The translations under genes and the position numbers were made by a program. Below, one piece after another: positions 51,257-60,061 of a stretch of 64,000 bases of DNA. How positions within the stretch are numbered: position 1 is the stretch's first letter; every line of letters starts with the position of its first letter. The DNA is from Candidatus Hecatella orcuttiae (GTDB taxonomy: Archaea > Thermoproteota > Bathyarchaeia > Hecatellales > Hecatellaceae): the NCBI GenBank assembly GCA_002011035.2, contig MTLY02000003.1, forward strand, positions 192,001-256,000, written 5' to 3'. Under the pieces are notes generated by a model. The model worked only from the letters and a program-made list of their open reading frames with translations, did not search any database and was not told the origin of the DNA.

Positions 51257-51304
51257 CTTCTCAGCAAAACCCTTTTTGAAGAAGGTCTCAAAGGGGGTGT
51301 TTTT

Positions 51305-51412
51305 GTGCGTTTCAAGGCGGCAGCGGAGCGGCTTTTCGAAGCCCTAGGCGGCGACGAGTGGGCCGCGGAGCAGGTGCGCATCTGGCTGGCCCTCAGGAAC
51401 GGGCGGAACTAG
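51305..51412 (+). CDS. 35-aa leader ORF
   Basis: GTG start after GGGGGTG; MRFKAAAERLFEALGGDEWAAEQVRIWLALRNGRN. Confidence 0.5.
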   Translation: MRFKAAAERLFEALGGDEWAAEQVRIWLALRNGRN

Positions 51413-51925
51413 GCCGGGCAGCCCCCGGCTTAGCCGCAGTCCGGCGTGAAGAGGCCGGAGAAGGAATGACCACCCGGAGAAGCCTGACCGGCAGGGGGGC
51501 TCAGGTTCCGGGTGCAACCGTGCCCTTGAGAGGCACAGGCCGGGTGGGGCGACCCCCGGGGCTGAGCTGAAAAGGCTGTGAACCCGGGGGCGGAAGTACA
51601 GGGAACCTTGAAGCCTCCCCGGAGGCCCGAGGCCGGCGGTAGAGCCGACGGCCTGTGAGCGGCTGAGGGGAGGCTGGGTTAGAACCCTAGAGCCGCAGGC
51701 GGTGAGGACCGCCAAGCTCCGAGCCTGCGGTCGCGGGGGCTGCCCCGAAGGGCCCCTGCGGGTAACTCGAGCATGTCAATCCCCAACATGCTTAGCCCCG
51801 CGTCTGAGGCGGTGTCTCGTAGGCCCCAAGGGGGGCTAGCGAGGTCTGTCCCCGGGCAGGCTTGGGCGACCAAGCCAATAGCCCAGCCTCCCAGGCGACT
51901 GGGAGGCGTGTCCACGGCGGGGCGA
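51413..51925 (+). ncRNA. Putative large structured non-coding RNA
   Basis: 12-bp closing stem 51416-51427/51734-51745, many hairpins, three GCGA tetraloops, K-turn-like motifs, no credible ORF. Confidence 0.7.
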
Positions 51926-51933
51926 GGGTTTGC

Positions 51934-52149
51934 ATGGCCAAACCCCAACGTCACCCTGACTACCCGGATGCACAGGCCCTTGTCGGGGTGAAGGCCTTGC
52001 AGGTTGTTCGAGTAGTGGAGGAGCTGCAGCCCGACAGCTTCACGCCAGACTTCACCTGGTGCCGGGTGGAGGTGCAGCTTCCAGACGGCTCCAGGGCGGT
52101 TTGGACGTTGCTGCTGTCGCCGGCCGAGCTCCGAAAATACGGACGTTAG
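51934..52149 (+). CDS. Hypothetical protein
   Basis: First ORF after the structured region. Confidence 0.6.
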   Translation: MAKPQRHPDYPDAQALVGVKALQVVRVVEELQPDSFTPDFTWCRVEVQLPDGSRAVWTLLLSPAELRKYGR

Positions 52150-52190
52150 TCCAAACCCCTCCTTTTTTGGCTCAATTCTCGGGGACAGCC

Positions 52191-52442
52191 ATGGAAGCCT
52201 TCACGGTGCCCAAATTCGACCTGCACATCCACGGAGGCCTGGTCCTCCGGCTCCGCGGCGGAGTGACCTTCCAGCGGCAGGGCGGCGGGTCGGCCGTCCT
52301 CATCCGCAACCACGCCTACACGGCCAGGCTCATCCGCCTGGGCGACTGCCCTTATCCGCTGCTGGTGGACGAAGACGGCGTGGTGGGCGTCGTCCCCAGG
52401 CTGCCGGCTAAGATAAGGCGGTGGCTGGGGGCGTTCCACTAG
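52191..52442 (+). CDS. Hypothetical protein
   Basis: ATG 10 nt after motif. Confidence 0.6.
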   Translation: MEAFTVPKFDLHIHGGLVLRLRGGVTFQRQGGGSAVLIRNHAYTARLIRLGDCPYPLLVDEDGVVGVVPRLPAKIRRWLGAFH

Positions 52443-52488
52443 GCCGACCCCGTGGGCCTCCCTTTTTCTGCCTCGGGGGGACCACCGC

Positions 52489-52623
52489 ATGGAGCGCTGT
52501 CCCAGGTGCGGCTACGCCTTCAACCCCAGGCCCAACTGGATGCTGACCGTCTGCCCGAAGTGCGGCGAAACCCTGGTGAGGGTTAAAGCCGGAGAAGACC
52601 GACTGGTGAAGGCTTTCGACTGA
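52489..52623 (+). CDS. 44-aa Zn-ribbon protein
   Basis: CPRCG...CPKCG; preceded by motif. Confidence 0.65.
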   Translation: MERCPRCGYAFNPRPNWMLTVCPKCGETLVRVKAGEDRLVKAFD

Positions 52624-52649
52624 GCCCTTTTTTCGGGGAAGGGGTTAGC

Positions 52650-52775
52650 GTGGTTTCATGGGTTGAGGTGGACGACCTAGCCCAGGATGTGGCTGAGAAG
52701 GCCGGGGACGACCTGGCTTCGAGGGTGAAGGAGCTGGCGGTGCGGCTGGCCGAAGAGGGCCTGACTGCCGAGTAG
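52650..52775 (+). CDS. 41-aa hypothetical protein
   Basis: Fills the gap between two motifs. Confidence 0.55.
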   Translation: MVSWVEVDDLAQDVAEKAGDDLASRVKELAVRLAEEGLTAE

Positions 52776-52796
52776 GCCCCTTTTCGGGGATTTTCG

Positions 52797-53525
52797 ATGG
52801 CTAAGGCTAAGGGTAAAGTCGTCGAGCAGGTGCTCGTTCAGGCCGCCAAGCCCGGTCAAAGACGGCAGGTGGCCGAGGAGCTGAAGAAGGCGGAGGCGGA
52901 GGGCCGGCGGTTCCACGGCTTCAAAGCCGACCTCAGGTACACCAGCCCCGAGTTCACCGTCACAACGCCCATCCGCTACGAGAAGCTCACCGCCAAGGAC
53001 GTGGAGGCCCGCATGAAGATCGTGCACCGCCACGTCAGCGGCGTCGAAGTCTCCCTCCGGCCGACACCCTACCACTGGGCGTACATGGACGCGGAGGGCC
53101 GGGAGTACCCGGAGGCCGAGGTCCGCCACTACCAGCTGCTCCCCGACGGCCGGGAGGTGGAGGTGCAACCGTTCCCCAGGACCAAGGTCTTGGAGGTCAA
53201 GAAGCTGCTGCCAGCCACCAGCCTCAGCGAGTTCCTCGTCGAAGGCCTCTACGAGGTCTGGTCCGACGCCCCAGGGCAGCTGCTGGAGTTCGCCGAATAC
53301 CTCCAACGCAAGGACGCCATGGCCGTGAGCAAGCTGAGCTTCGGCCGGGGCTTCAAGGAAAGCTACGCCCTCATCTACCCCATCTTCCAGGACGGCCGCT
53401 TCATCCTGGTGATGGCCCTGACCCAGAAGCGCGTCGAATACCGCCACTGGATGCCGGTGGAGGCTCAGGAGGCGAAGCCGAGGGAGGCTGTGCCCGTGGC
53501 CCAGTCGGTCTTGGAGGAAATCTAA
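52797..53525 (+). CDS. Ku-like DNA end-binding protein (putative)
   Basis: Pattern resembles the prokaryotic Ku core: HRH..G..V, GREY..AEVRHY, TKVLEV, YEV, AVSKLSF.RGFKESYALIYP. Confidence 0.55.
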   Translation: MAKAKGKVVEQVLVQAAKPGQRRQVAEELKKAEAEGRRFHGFKADLRYTSPEFTVTTPIRYEKLTAKDVEARMKIVHRHVSGVEVSLRPTPYHWAYMDAEGREYPEAEVRHYQLLPDGREVEVQPFPRTKVLEVKKLLPATSLSEFLVEGLYEVWSDAPGQLLEFAEYLQRKDAMAVSKLSFGRGFKESYALIYPIFQDGRFILVMALTQKRVEYRHWMPVEAQEAKPREAVPVAQSVLEEI

Positions 53526-53549
53526 GCCTCCAACCTTTCGGGGACAGGG

Positions 53550-53741
53550 TTGTCCTTATGTGTGGGCGTGAAGAGGAATCCGACGCTTGCAGTGGCCGGT
53601 GAGGGCGTGGAAAAGATGAGCAGAGACGAGCTGCTGGAGCTGGCGGGCGAATACCTGGAAACGGTCTGCTTTCTCCCGGCGAGGGTTATCAGGCGTGGGA
53701 AGCGGGCTGTCATCGTCTTGGAGCCTGAAAGCTACCCGTAG
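53550..53741 (+). CDS. Hypothetical protein, paralog of 54715-54906
   Basis: Shares VGVKR.PTL.VAGEGV.KM...EYLETV.F.PARVI.R...AVIVLEPESYP. Confidence 0.75.
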   Translation: MSLCVGVKRNPTLAVAGEGVEKMSRDELLELAGEYLETVCFLPARVIRRGKRAVIVLEPESYP

Positions 53742-53764
53742 CCGCCCTTTTTCGGGGGGGCCTC

Positions 53765-53900
53765 ATGGGATTCTGCTGTGAGCACCTCAAAGCCCAATCA
53801 GCCATGCTACCGGCTGATGTTCCTCTACTGGCTGTGCGAAGCCTGCTACAAGGCTCTCAAGGAAGGAAGCTTGGACGTGAAAATATACAGGCTGTCCTGA
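53765..53900 (+). pseudogene. Frameshifted small Zn-finger gene
   Basis: MGFCCEH... continues in another frame as CYRLMFLYWLCEACYKAL, ending just before the next motif. Confidence 0.45.
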
Positions 53901-53930
53901 GCTCCCAGGGGCTTTTCGGGGAGTCTGGAC

Positions 53931-54098
53931 GTGGCTGGGAAACGGAAGCTTAAGGAGTATGTAGTGGACCTCGAAAGCTTCACCGTGGAAGCCCGAGACC
54001 ACGATGAAGCCGTGGAGGCAACGCAGCGAAAACTCAAGCAGATGATGGCGGAGGGAAAGGTTGGCATCGACGCCGTGGTGGAGCTGAGCGACGGATGA
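53931..54098 (+). CDS. 55-aa hypothetical protein
   Basis: GTG 13 nt after motif. Confidence 0.6.
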   Translation: MAGKRKLKEYVVDLESFTVEARDHDEAVEATQRKLKQMMAEGKVGIDAVVELSDG

Positions 54099-54128
54099 GG
54101 CGGACACGCCTATTTTTCGGGGAACGAA

Positions 54129-54659
54129 TTGGAAAAGCTCTTCACCGACCTAGCCTTCGCGCTATCCCCCACCATCATCACCCACCAAGGCGGTTGGGGA
54201 GACACCGTTCCAGAGTGGCTGGTCGCAGAGATAAAGCTACAGAGGCTCGCCGAGAACCTGAGGAGGCTGAAGGGTGAAGCCGTCGAGGAGGCCGGCGACG
54301 CCGAGGCTCTGGCCTACCTGTACACGGCCTTCCTGAGCGTGCCGCCCTCCGAGAAGTGGACGAGAATCTACTCCTACCTCCTCGGTAAGGTTGCCCGCGG
54401 CAGGCTCCGGGTTCCCTCAGAAATCGAGGTCAAGGAGCTCTCAGATTACGAGCAGGAGAAGCTCCGGGAGCTGAAGCGGTGGATTTACAGGAAGCGGGCT
54501 GAAAGGGAAAGGCAGCGGCGCGGAGAGGAAGGCCTCGGAGTGCTTCAGCCCCCAAACCGGGCTTCAGCCAGCCTCAGAGCCCGCAGGGCGTGGGTTAAAA
54601 TCTACCGGAGGCGAGGCCAAGAGGATAAGGCCAAGGCTTTGGAGGAAGCCTTAGCCTAA
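54129..54659 (+). CDS. Hypothetical protein
   Basis: 176-aa ORF, TTG 10 nt after motif. Confidence 0.75.
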   Translation: MEKLFTDLAFALSPTIITHQGGWGDTVPEWLVAEIKLQRLAENLRRLKGEAVEEAGDAEALAYLYTAFLSVPPSEKWTRIYSYLLGKVARGRLRVPSEIEVKELSDYEQEKLRELKRWIYRKRAERERQRRGEEGLGVLQPPNRASASLRARRAWVKIYRRRGQEDKAKALEEALA

Positions 54660-54714
54660 ATTTCGGGCAGCGGGCGGAAACCCCGTTTATCCCCGTTCTC
54701 GGGGGCAGACCGAC

Positions 54715-54906
54715 ATGGTTTTCCGCGTCGGCGTCAAGAGGAAGCCTACGCTTCTGGTGGCAGGCGAAGGCGTCGACAAGATGGGCAGCGCCGCCCTCAT
54801 GGAGCTGGCCAGCGAGTACCTGGAAACAGTCCGCTTTGAGCCTGCCAGGGTCATAAAGCGCAGAGGCTGCGCCGTCATCGTCCTCGAGCCGGAAAGCTAC
54901 CCTTAA
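54715..54906 (+). CDS. Hypothetical protein, paralog of 53550-53741
   Basis: See paralog. Confidence 0.75.
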   Translation: MVFRVGVKRKPTLLVAGEGVDKMGSAALMELASEYLETVRFEPARVIKRRGCAVIVLEPESYP

Positions 54907-55059
54907 CCGAGGGGGTCTTTTTTCGGGGGAAGAGGGGGCCAGCCTTTGGGAAAATGCGTCGACTGCGGCAGAGAAACCGTGAGCCAGCCTGCCCGTCGTG
55001 CAGCACAACAGTCAACCTGGAAGAGGAGGAATAGTCGCCCTTATTTTCGGGGAGCAACC

Positions 55060-55374
55060 GTGGGCAGGAAGCGTTACGACTTTTTCAGGACGAGGTTCGT
55101 CGTCCAGCCCAAGAATTCGATTTTGTACGGGTCCGCCTCGAAGGTTAAAGCTCACCTCCTTGCACTCAACAGCATCTACGGTATCGGCGTCTCCGTCAAG
55201 GAGGTTCCAGGCGGAAACCTTGAAATCGTTACGAGGACTGGTCTGCCGGAGACGGCTAAAATGGACAGAAACTTCGTCCGCTACGTTCTGCAACACCATG
55301 CATATATTGTGGAGGAGGTCTTCGAAGGGCGGAGGTTTCGAGGCAGGAGGGAAATATGGGAGCCCGCGGAGTAG
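55060..55374 (+). CDS. Hypothetical protein
   Basis: GTG 11 nt after motif. Confidence 0.6.
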   Translation: MGRKRYDFFRTRFVVQPKNSILYGSASKVKAHLLALNSIYGIGVSVKEVPGGNLEIVTRTGLPETAKMDRNFVRYVLQHHAYIVEEVFEGRRFRGRREIWEPAE

Positions 55375-55403
55375 GCGAGAGCTCCCGTTTTTCGGGGAAG
55401 ACC

Positions 55404-55574
55404 ATGCCTCTGGTAGCCGTGTTTGTGAAGGAGAAGACGACGCCTGGAACTGTCCGCTACCGGGAGGAGGCCGGCGAAAACCCGACGACTCTGCGAACGG
55501 TGTACATCGAAAAATGGGCCGTGCAGAAATACGGCCTCGGAGACCGGATAAAGGTAACCGTGGAGCCGGCGTAG
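55404..55574 (+). CDS. 56-aa hypothetical protein
   Basis: ATG 10 nt after motif. Confidence 0.6.
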   Translation: MPLVAVFVKEKTTPGTVRYREEAGENPTTLRTVYIEKWAVQKYGLGDRIKVTVEPA

Positions 55575-55601
55575 CCCCCCGGTGCTCTTTCGGGGTTCGA
55601 C

Positions 55602-55838
55602 GTGAGGAGGGCTAGAACCGTCAGGGGGCTCCTCCGACAGCTGAGCCGCTGCCCGGAGTGCAGGGGAAGCCCTGCTGTGTTCTTCGGCAACGGCCTCTCC
55701 ATGTGCCAAGCCCACTGGGAAGCCTACGCGGAGGCCTTCGACTACGAGGACGGAAAATTCAAGCCCAGCGTTTTCGGGGGCGAGGATGGCGGAAAAGCGG
55801 CTGCTCAGGTCCTTCATAGCCGACCTCGAGCGGGTTAA
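55602..55838 (+). CDS. Small Zn-finger protein
   Basis: CPEC...CQAHW; GTG 10 nt after motif. Confidence 0.55.
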   Translation: MRRARTVRGLLRQLSRCPECRGSPAVFFGNGLSMCQAHWEAYAEAFDYEDGKFKPSVFGGEDGGKAAAQVLHSRPRAG

Positions 55839-56040
55839 AGACCTGCTCGAAGCCTACAACCTGGGCGAAGCCCGGCTGGCGGACGCCTGGGACTTCATCA
55901 GCCTCAGGCTTGACCAGTACAGGCTCCTGCTCAACCCACCCAAGAAACACACCGCATACCGCCGCAAAATCTGCGGCGGAACCTTCACCACGGCGGACGG
56001 AAGGGAAGGATGCACATGGCCACGCACGGCTACTCCTTGA
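55786..56040 (+). CDS. Hypothetical protein
   Basis: ATG 10 nt after motif. Confidence 0.5.
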   Translation: MAEKRLLRSFIADLERVKDLLEAYNLGEARLADAWDFISLRLDQYRLLLNPPKKHTAYRRKICGGTFTTADGREGCTWPRTATP

Positions 56041-56151
56041 AGGGGGCTGTGAAAAAGGGATACGCGGAGAAACTGAAGGAGCAAGTTTCCGCCCGGCCTT
56101 TCGGGGTTGATTGGCCGTACCCTAGTGCCCCGGACTACCGAGGTGGTTTAG

Positions 56152-56385
56152 ATGTCTATGGGACCTCCTAAATGTCCTGAATGCGGTGAACCCCTTAACG
56201 GAGTCTACTTTGATACCAGCGAATACTACGTCTTCGACCCGTCTGCCGGAACCTACCTTTCAGACGAAAAATCTGGCGAAGGCTACACAAAATGTCCCAA
56301 ATGCGACGCAGACCTTTTCGACCTATTCCCCAACGGCCCCATAAACTTCAAACCCAAACCCAGCACAAAGGGAGCGACCCGATGA
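56152..56385 (+). CDS. Zn-ribbon protein (lower GC, canonical GAGGTG SD)
   Basis: CPECG...CPKC. Confidence 0.65.
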   Translation: MSMGPPKCPECGEPLNGVYFDTSEYYVFDPSAGTYLSDEKSGEGYTKCPKCDADLFDLFPNGPINFKPKPSTKGATR

Positions 56386-56450
56386 TAACTCTAGGCTGTG
56401 CGACACTCTGGTGCACCATTCCTCTGGAGGTCATCCTTTCGGGGACAGCC

Positions 56451-57453
56451 GTGAGCATGGAAGTGGCTGAGCTTAAACCCAAACTGAAGGCTCTGCGAAG
56501 TCTCAGGGAAGTCCCGTTTACAGGCGACACGTGGCTTCAGGTGAAAGCCGACGGAGAGCTGGCCTTGGTGAAGTTTGAGGGCGGAGAGGCCGAGGCGGTG
56601 AACCGCTGGGGCACCGTCCACAGGGGGCTGCCCTGCCTCCGAGAGTTCGCCGAGGCCCTCAAGGCCAAGAGGCTTCGAAGCTTGGAGGCCTTGGCCGAGC
56701 TGTACGCGGAGGGCCTCCGCCTGCCGGAGTTCAGAAAGACCCTGACCCGGAAGCCCGAGGCGGTGAAGCTAGGCTTCTTCACCCTCCTGGCGGTCAACGG
56801 CGCCGGGGTCAAGAACGACTGGCCCTGGCAGATGGGGGAGGCTGGAGTCTTGGCTTGCAGCCAGCCGCCTGGCGGGGCCTCTGCCCTACCGGCGGGTGGT
56901 CGGCCTGCAGGAGGCGGAAGCCTTCTGGAAGGAGTGGGTGGAGGGCCGCGGCTACGAGGGCGTCGTAGCCCGGACGCCCCGGGGAGGCTTCAAAGTCAAG
57001 CCGGAGCTCACCGTGGACGCCGCGGTGGTGGGCGTCAAAAAGACCGAGCGGCTGAGGGTGGGAAGCGTGGTGACAAGCCTCCGCCTGGCCTTGATGAGCC
57101 CGGAGGGCGACCTGGTCCATGTGGGCGATGTCTCCAGCGGCATCGACCCGGAGACCGGGCGGAGGCTCCACGCCTTGGTCAAGCACTTCGCGGTGGGCGA
57201 AGACCGGGAAGCCTACCACGTCAGGCCGGTGCTCGTAGCCGAGGTGAGGTGCTTCGACGTATACCCCGGCCTGCGGCAGGTCTGGCGCTGGGACGGCCGC
57301 CGGTACGCAGCCCGGCAGCCCAGAAGCTTCTTCAGCCTCAAGTCTCCGGTGTTGGTCAGGTTCAGGGAGGACAAGCAGCTGAGGCCTGAAGACCTAGCCT
57401 TGGAGCAGATTCCCGAAGCAGGCCCTTTCTCTTTCGGGGAGGGGGAACCGTGA
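56451..57453 (+). pseudogene. ATP-dependent DNA ligase, frameshifted near the G5 run at 56834-56838
   Basis: QVKADG (motif I), AELY, GYEGVV, FKVKP, GDVSSG, VRFREDK split across two frames. Confidence 0.78.
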
Positions 57454-57572
57454 AGCTCTGCCCTCGCTGCTCCAACGCCATCCTGGACATGCGGCAGGAG
57501 CTAGACCCCATGGGGCGGCCTGTCCAGTTTTGGCACTGCTCCCGCTGCAACCACCGGTGGACGGAGACGTAA
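57450..57572 (+). CDS. 40-aa Zn ribbon, TFS/TFIIS C-ribbon-like
   Basis: CPRC...FWHCSRCNHRW. Confidence 0.55.
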   Translation: MKLCPRCSNAILDMRQELDPMGRPVQFWHCSRCNHRWTET

Positions 57573-57722
57573 GCTTCCAGTTTCGGGGAAACCGGGTCCC
57601 CTGTAAGTCCACGCCTACCCCGCTTCAACCAGCGACTAAGGTAGGCTGAAAAGTGGCGTGGGGTTTAGGGCGGTTTCAGCCCACCGGCCCCAAAGGCTGG
57701 CTCCATTTTTTTCGGGGATTTT

Positions 57723-57941
57723 ATGCCCATCTTAGGCTCGGCTGACTGCTACGAGTGCGAGGGGGAGAAAACCGTCCGGCTGGTCGTCGACGGCCGAGGA
57801 GTCTGGAGCCGGTGCTTCCGGTGCGGCTTCACCGAGTGGGAGTGGGCCCTGGGCGACAACCCCGCCTACCTGGACTGCCTGGCGGAAAAATACCGCGTCG
57901 ACAAAGAAGCCATCGTAGACGCCCTCGAAGAGGCGGGGTGA
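57723..57941 (+). CDS. Small Zn-finger protein
   Basis: CYEC...CFRCG; ATG 9 nt after motif. Confidence 0.65.
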   Translation: MPILGSADCYECEGEKTVRLVVDGRGVWSRCFRCGFTEWEWALGDNPAYLDCLAEKYRVDKEAIVDALEEAG

Positions 57942-58236
57942 CCCTGAAACAGTCAGCTATTTTGAGGTCGTCAACCCTAAGCTGGCGTCCTATAAAATCT
58001 TCTTCCCCGCGGACATATCCTGCTGGACTTGGAGAGGCGGCGAGCCCTTCCCCGACTTCATCCACCGGGTTGTCGTCGTCGCCTCCAGAGGCTGCCATCA
58101 GTGGACTTTGGATGAACTGGAAAAGCTCAGCATGGAAGCTCCTGAAAGGGAGCGGCGACGGCGGGCTGCCAGACGGGCGGCCTTGAGGCGAAGGCTGAGG
58201 CCGACCTGACCCCGGTTTTTCCTTTCGGGGACCACC

Positions 58237-59360
58237 ATGGAAGGCCGAAGTTTAACCCCAAGCCAGCAAGCCTACCTGAAGAAGCTGGGTGTCTCCGACC
58301 CCGGCCGGTTGACCGCCGGGCAGAAGGCCTACCTCACCATCCTGGGCCGTAGGGAAGGCGTCGAGCCTCCCAAGCCCGTCAAAGCCTCAGCGTACCAGCC
58401 TCTGGGCCCCGAGGAGCTGGCGGCCAGGGGTGTGGGAAGCCTCAGGTTCGACCGGGCCGCCGACCTGACCTGGGAGCGCTACGGCATCGTGGAGGTGCCC
58501 ATAGCCTACGGAGGCCAGCCCTCCGGCTACAAGGCCGTCATCCGCAAAGGCCAGCTGGTTCAGATAGCCGGCCGGGGCTACCGCCTCCTGCCCAACGAGG
58601 AGGTTGTCCAGCTGGCGGACGAGACCGCTGAAGCCCTGGGGGCCAAGCCCTTCACCGAGTTCCGAGGCCGCTGGTTCGCCCCCATGGGCAACCACGTCAT
58701 CTACAACCGGGCTGAGACGCAGGTTCACGCCCTCTACGCCTTCGACGAGCCGGTGAAGGTGGAGGGCGTCGACACGGTGCACCTGGGCTTCGCCGTGCAC
58801 AACAGCATAGACGGCAGCTGCGGCTTCGGTGTTGGCGCCTTCACGTTCCGACAGTCTTAACAGTCGCCCGGAAGTGGGTGGAAGTCTTAAAAAGGGCGGC
58901 TGTAAGACCGGAAAACGCCTGCGCCAACATGGTGCTGATGGGCCTCCGCGGCTACTCCATGCCCTTCGACGAGCGGCGGGTGCTGGCCTGGGTCTACCAG
59001 CGCCACACCTCCAGGCTCAGGGTGGACAGGCCCAGCCTCCAGGACACCATCCTCAGGGTGGTGGACCGGGGGCGGGAGGTCCTGGAAGCCTACCGGCGGA
59101 TGGCCCTCGAACGGCTCAGCGAACCCGTAGCCCGCCGGATAGCCGAGTCGGAGCTGCCCCTCCGGGTGCTGCCCGACTTCATCGAAGTCGAAACCCTCGA
59201 AGACGGCCGCAGGGCGCTGAAGGGGTTCAGCCCCCAGGCAACCCTCTGGGACGCCTACAATTCCGTCAGCGCCGCCATCTGGCACAACGCCAAGTCGGAC
59301 ATCTCCACCAAGCTCGACCAGTTCAACGTCCTCCACGCAGCCCTGCCCCTGGCACGGTGA
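58237..59360 (+). CDS. DUF932-like protein interrupted by a 62-nt BHB-type intron (353 aa spliced)
   Basis: YRLLPNEEV, NSIDGS, FR-HA-CANM after splicing, H(T)S, TLWDAYN. Confidence 0.8.
58853..58914 (+). other. Putative bulge-helix-bulge mRNA intron
   Basis: TCCG/CGGA central helix, ACA and AAA bulges, long inner stem GTCTTA-A-CAGTCGCCC / GGGCGGCTG-TAAGAC. Confidence 0.78.
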
Positions 59361-59389
59361 ACCGTGCCGCCTGTTTCGGGGGAACCTGC

Positions 59390-59617
59390 GTGAGAAACCC
59401 GGCCTCGGTTGAGCCTACGCTTGACCACGTGCCCAATCCCTTCCAAATCCTCAACGCCTGGACCTATCTGCGAGCCGTGCAAAACGCCCATCGACGCTTC
59501 CTCCTACGCCTCCTCAGCAGCCGGAGGCTCAGAAGCAGGGAGCTGGAGAGAGCGGTTCTGTGGGACGTCTACGAAGCCCTTAAAACCGAAATCGTGTTCG
59601 CCCTCCCTAAGCCTTAG
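59390..59617 (+). CDS. Hypothetical protein
   Basis: GTG 12 nt after motif. Confidence 0.55.
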   Translation: MRNPASVEPTLDHVPNPFQILNAWTYLRAVQNAHRRFLLRLLSSRRLRSRELERAVLWDVYEALKTEIVFALPKP

Positions 59618-59640
59618 CCTCGCCGTTTCGGGGAGCGCCC

Positions 59641-59757
59641 ATGGTCACAGCCCGAACGGAGCTCTGCGACCTTCAAAAAATCTTCTGGGACATCTACAAC
59701 GTAACCAGGAAAGGAAGAGGACTGAAACCTCTGCCTTACCCCAAAAAGAGGACCTGA
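59641..59757 (+). CDS. 38-aa hypothetical protein
   Basis: ATG 11 nt after motif. Confidence 0.45.
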   Translation: MVTARTELCDLQKIFWDIYNVTRKGRGLKPLPYPKKRT

Positions 59758-60061
59758 CCTGCCCTGTGCGCTGAACCCTTTTTTTCGGGGGGACGGATGC
59801 GTCCCCAGGAGGCTCGGTGATGGCTCAGACGGATTTTCCCCAGGAACTCATCGAACCCATCAAGGCTTTAGCCAACCGAACACGCCGGAAGCCCGTAACT
59901 TCGGTATCGACGCCCCTGGAACGCCCCACGACTCTCATTATGCGCTGTCAAACTTTGGGCGCAGATTACTGAAAAGCCTCATCCAGATGCTGGAGCCTGA
60001 AACGGCGTCCGCGACGAGCTGAAGCTCCTTTAGCCCTCGGCGTTTTTCGGGGAGAATCAAA

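Noticed and set aside
51743-51752. Leader RNA and motif forming a BHB for alternative splicing (CCCC-GAA-GGG with TTC-GGGG-NNN)
   Set aside because: Continuous CCCCGAA/TTCGGGG pairing would outcompete the bulged form, and no consistent outer helix exists. Junction reads would settle it.
51344-51991. Overlapping ORFs across the structured region
   Set aside because: Low-complexity G/P/R/A-rich translations typical of GC-rich non-coding sequence.
53790-53830. ATCAGCC/GGCTGAT hairpin as an intron explaining the frameshift
   Set aside because: The central helix is poor, and removing the implied 29 nt does not restore the frame.
56833-56872. GGCTGG/CCAGCC hairpin as an intron in the ligase
   Set aside because: There is no 4-bp central helix; a single extra G in a homopolymer is the simpler explanation.
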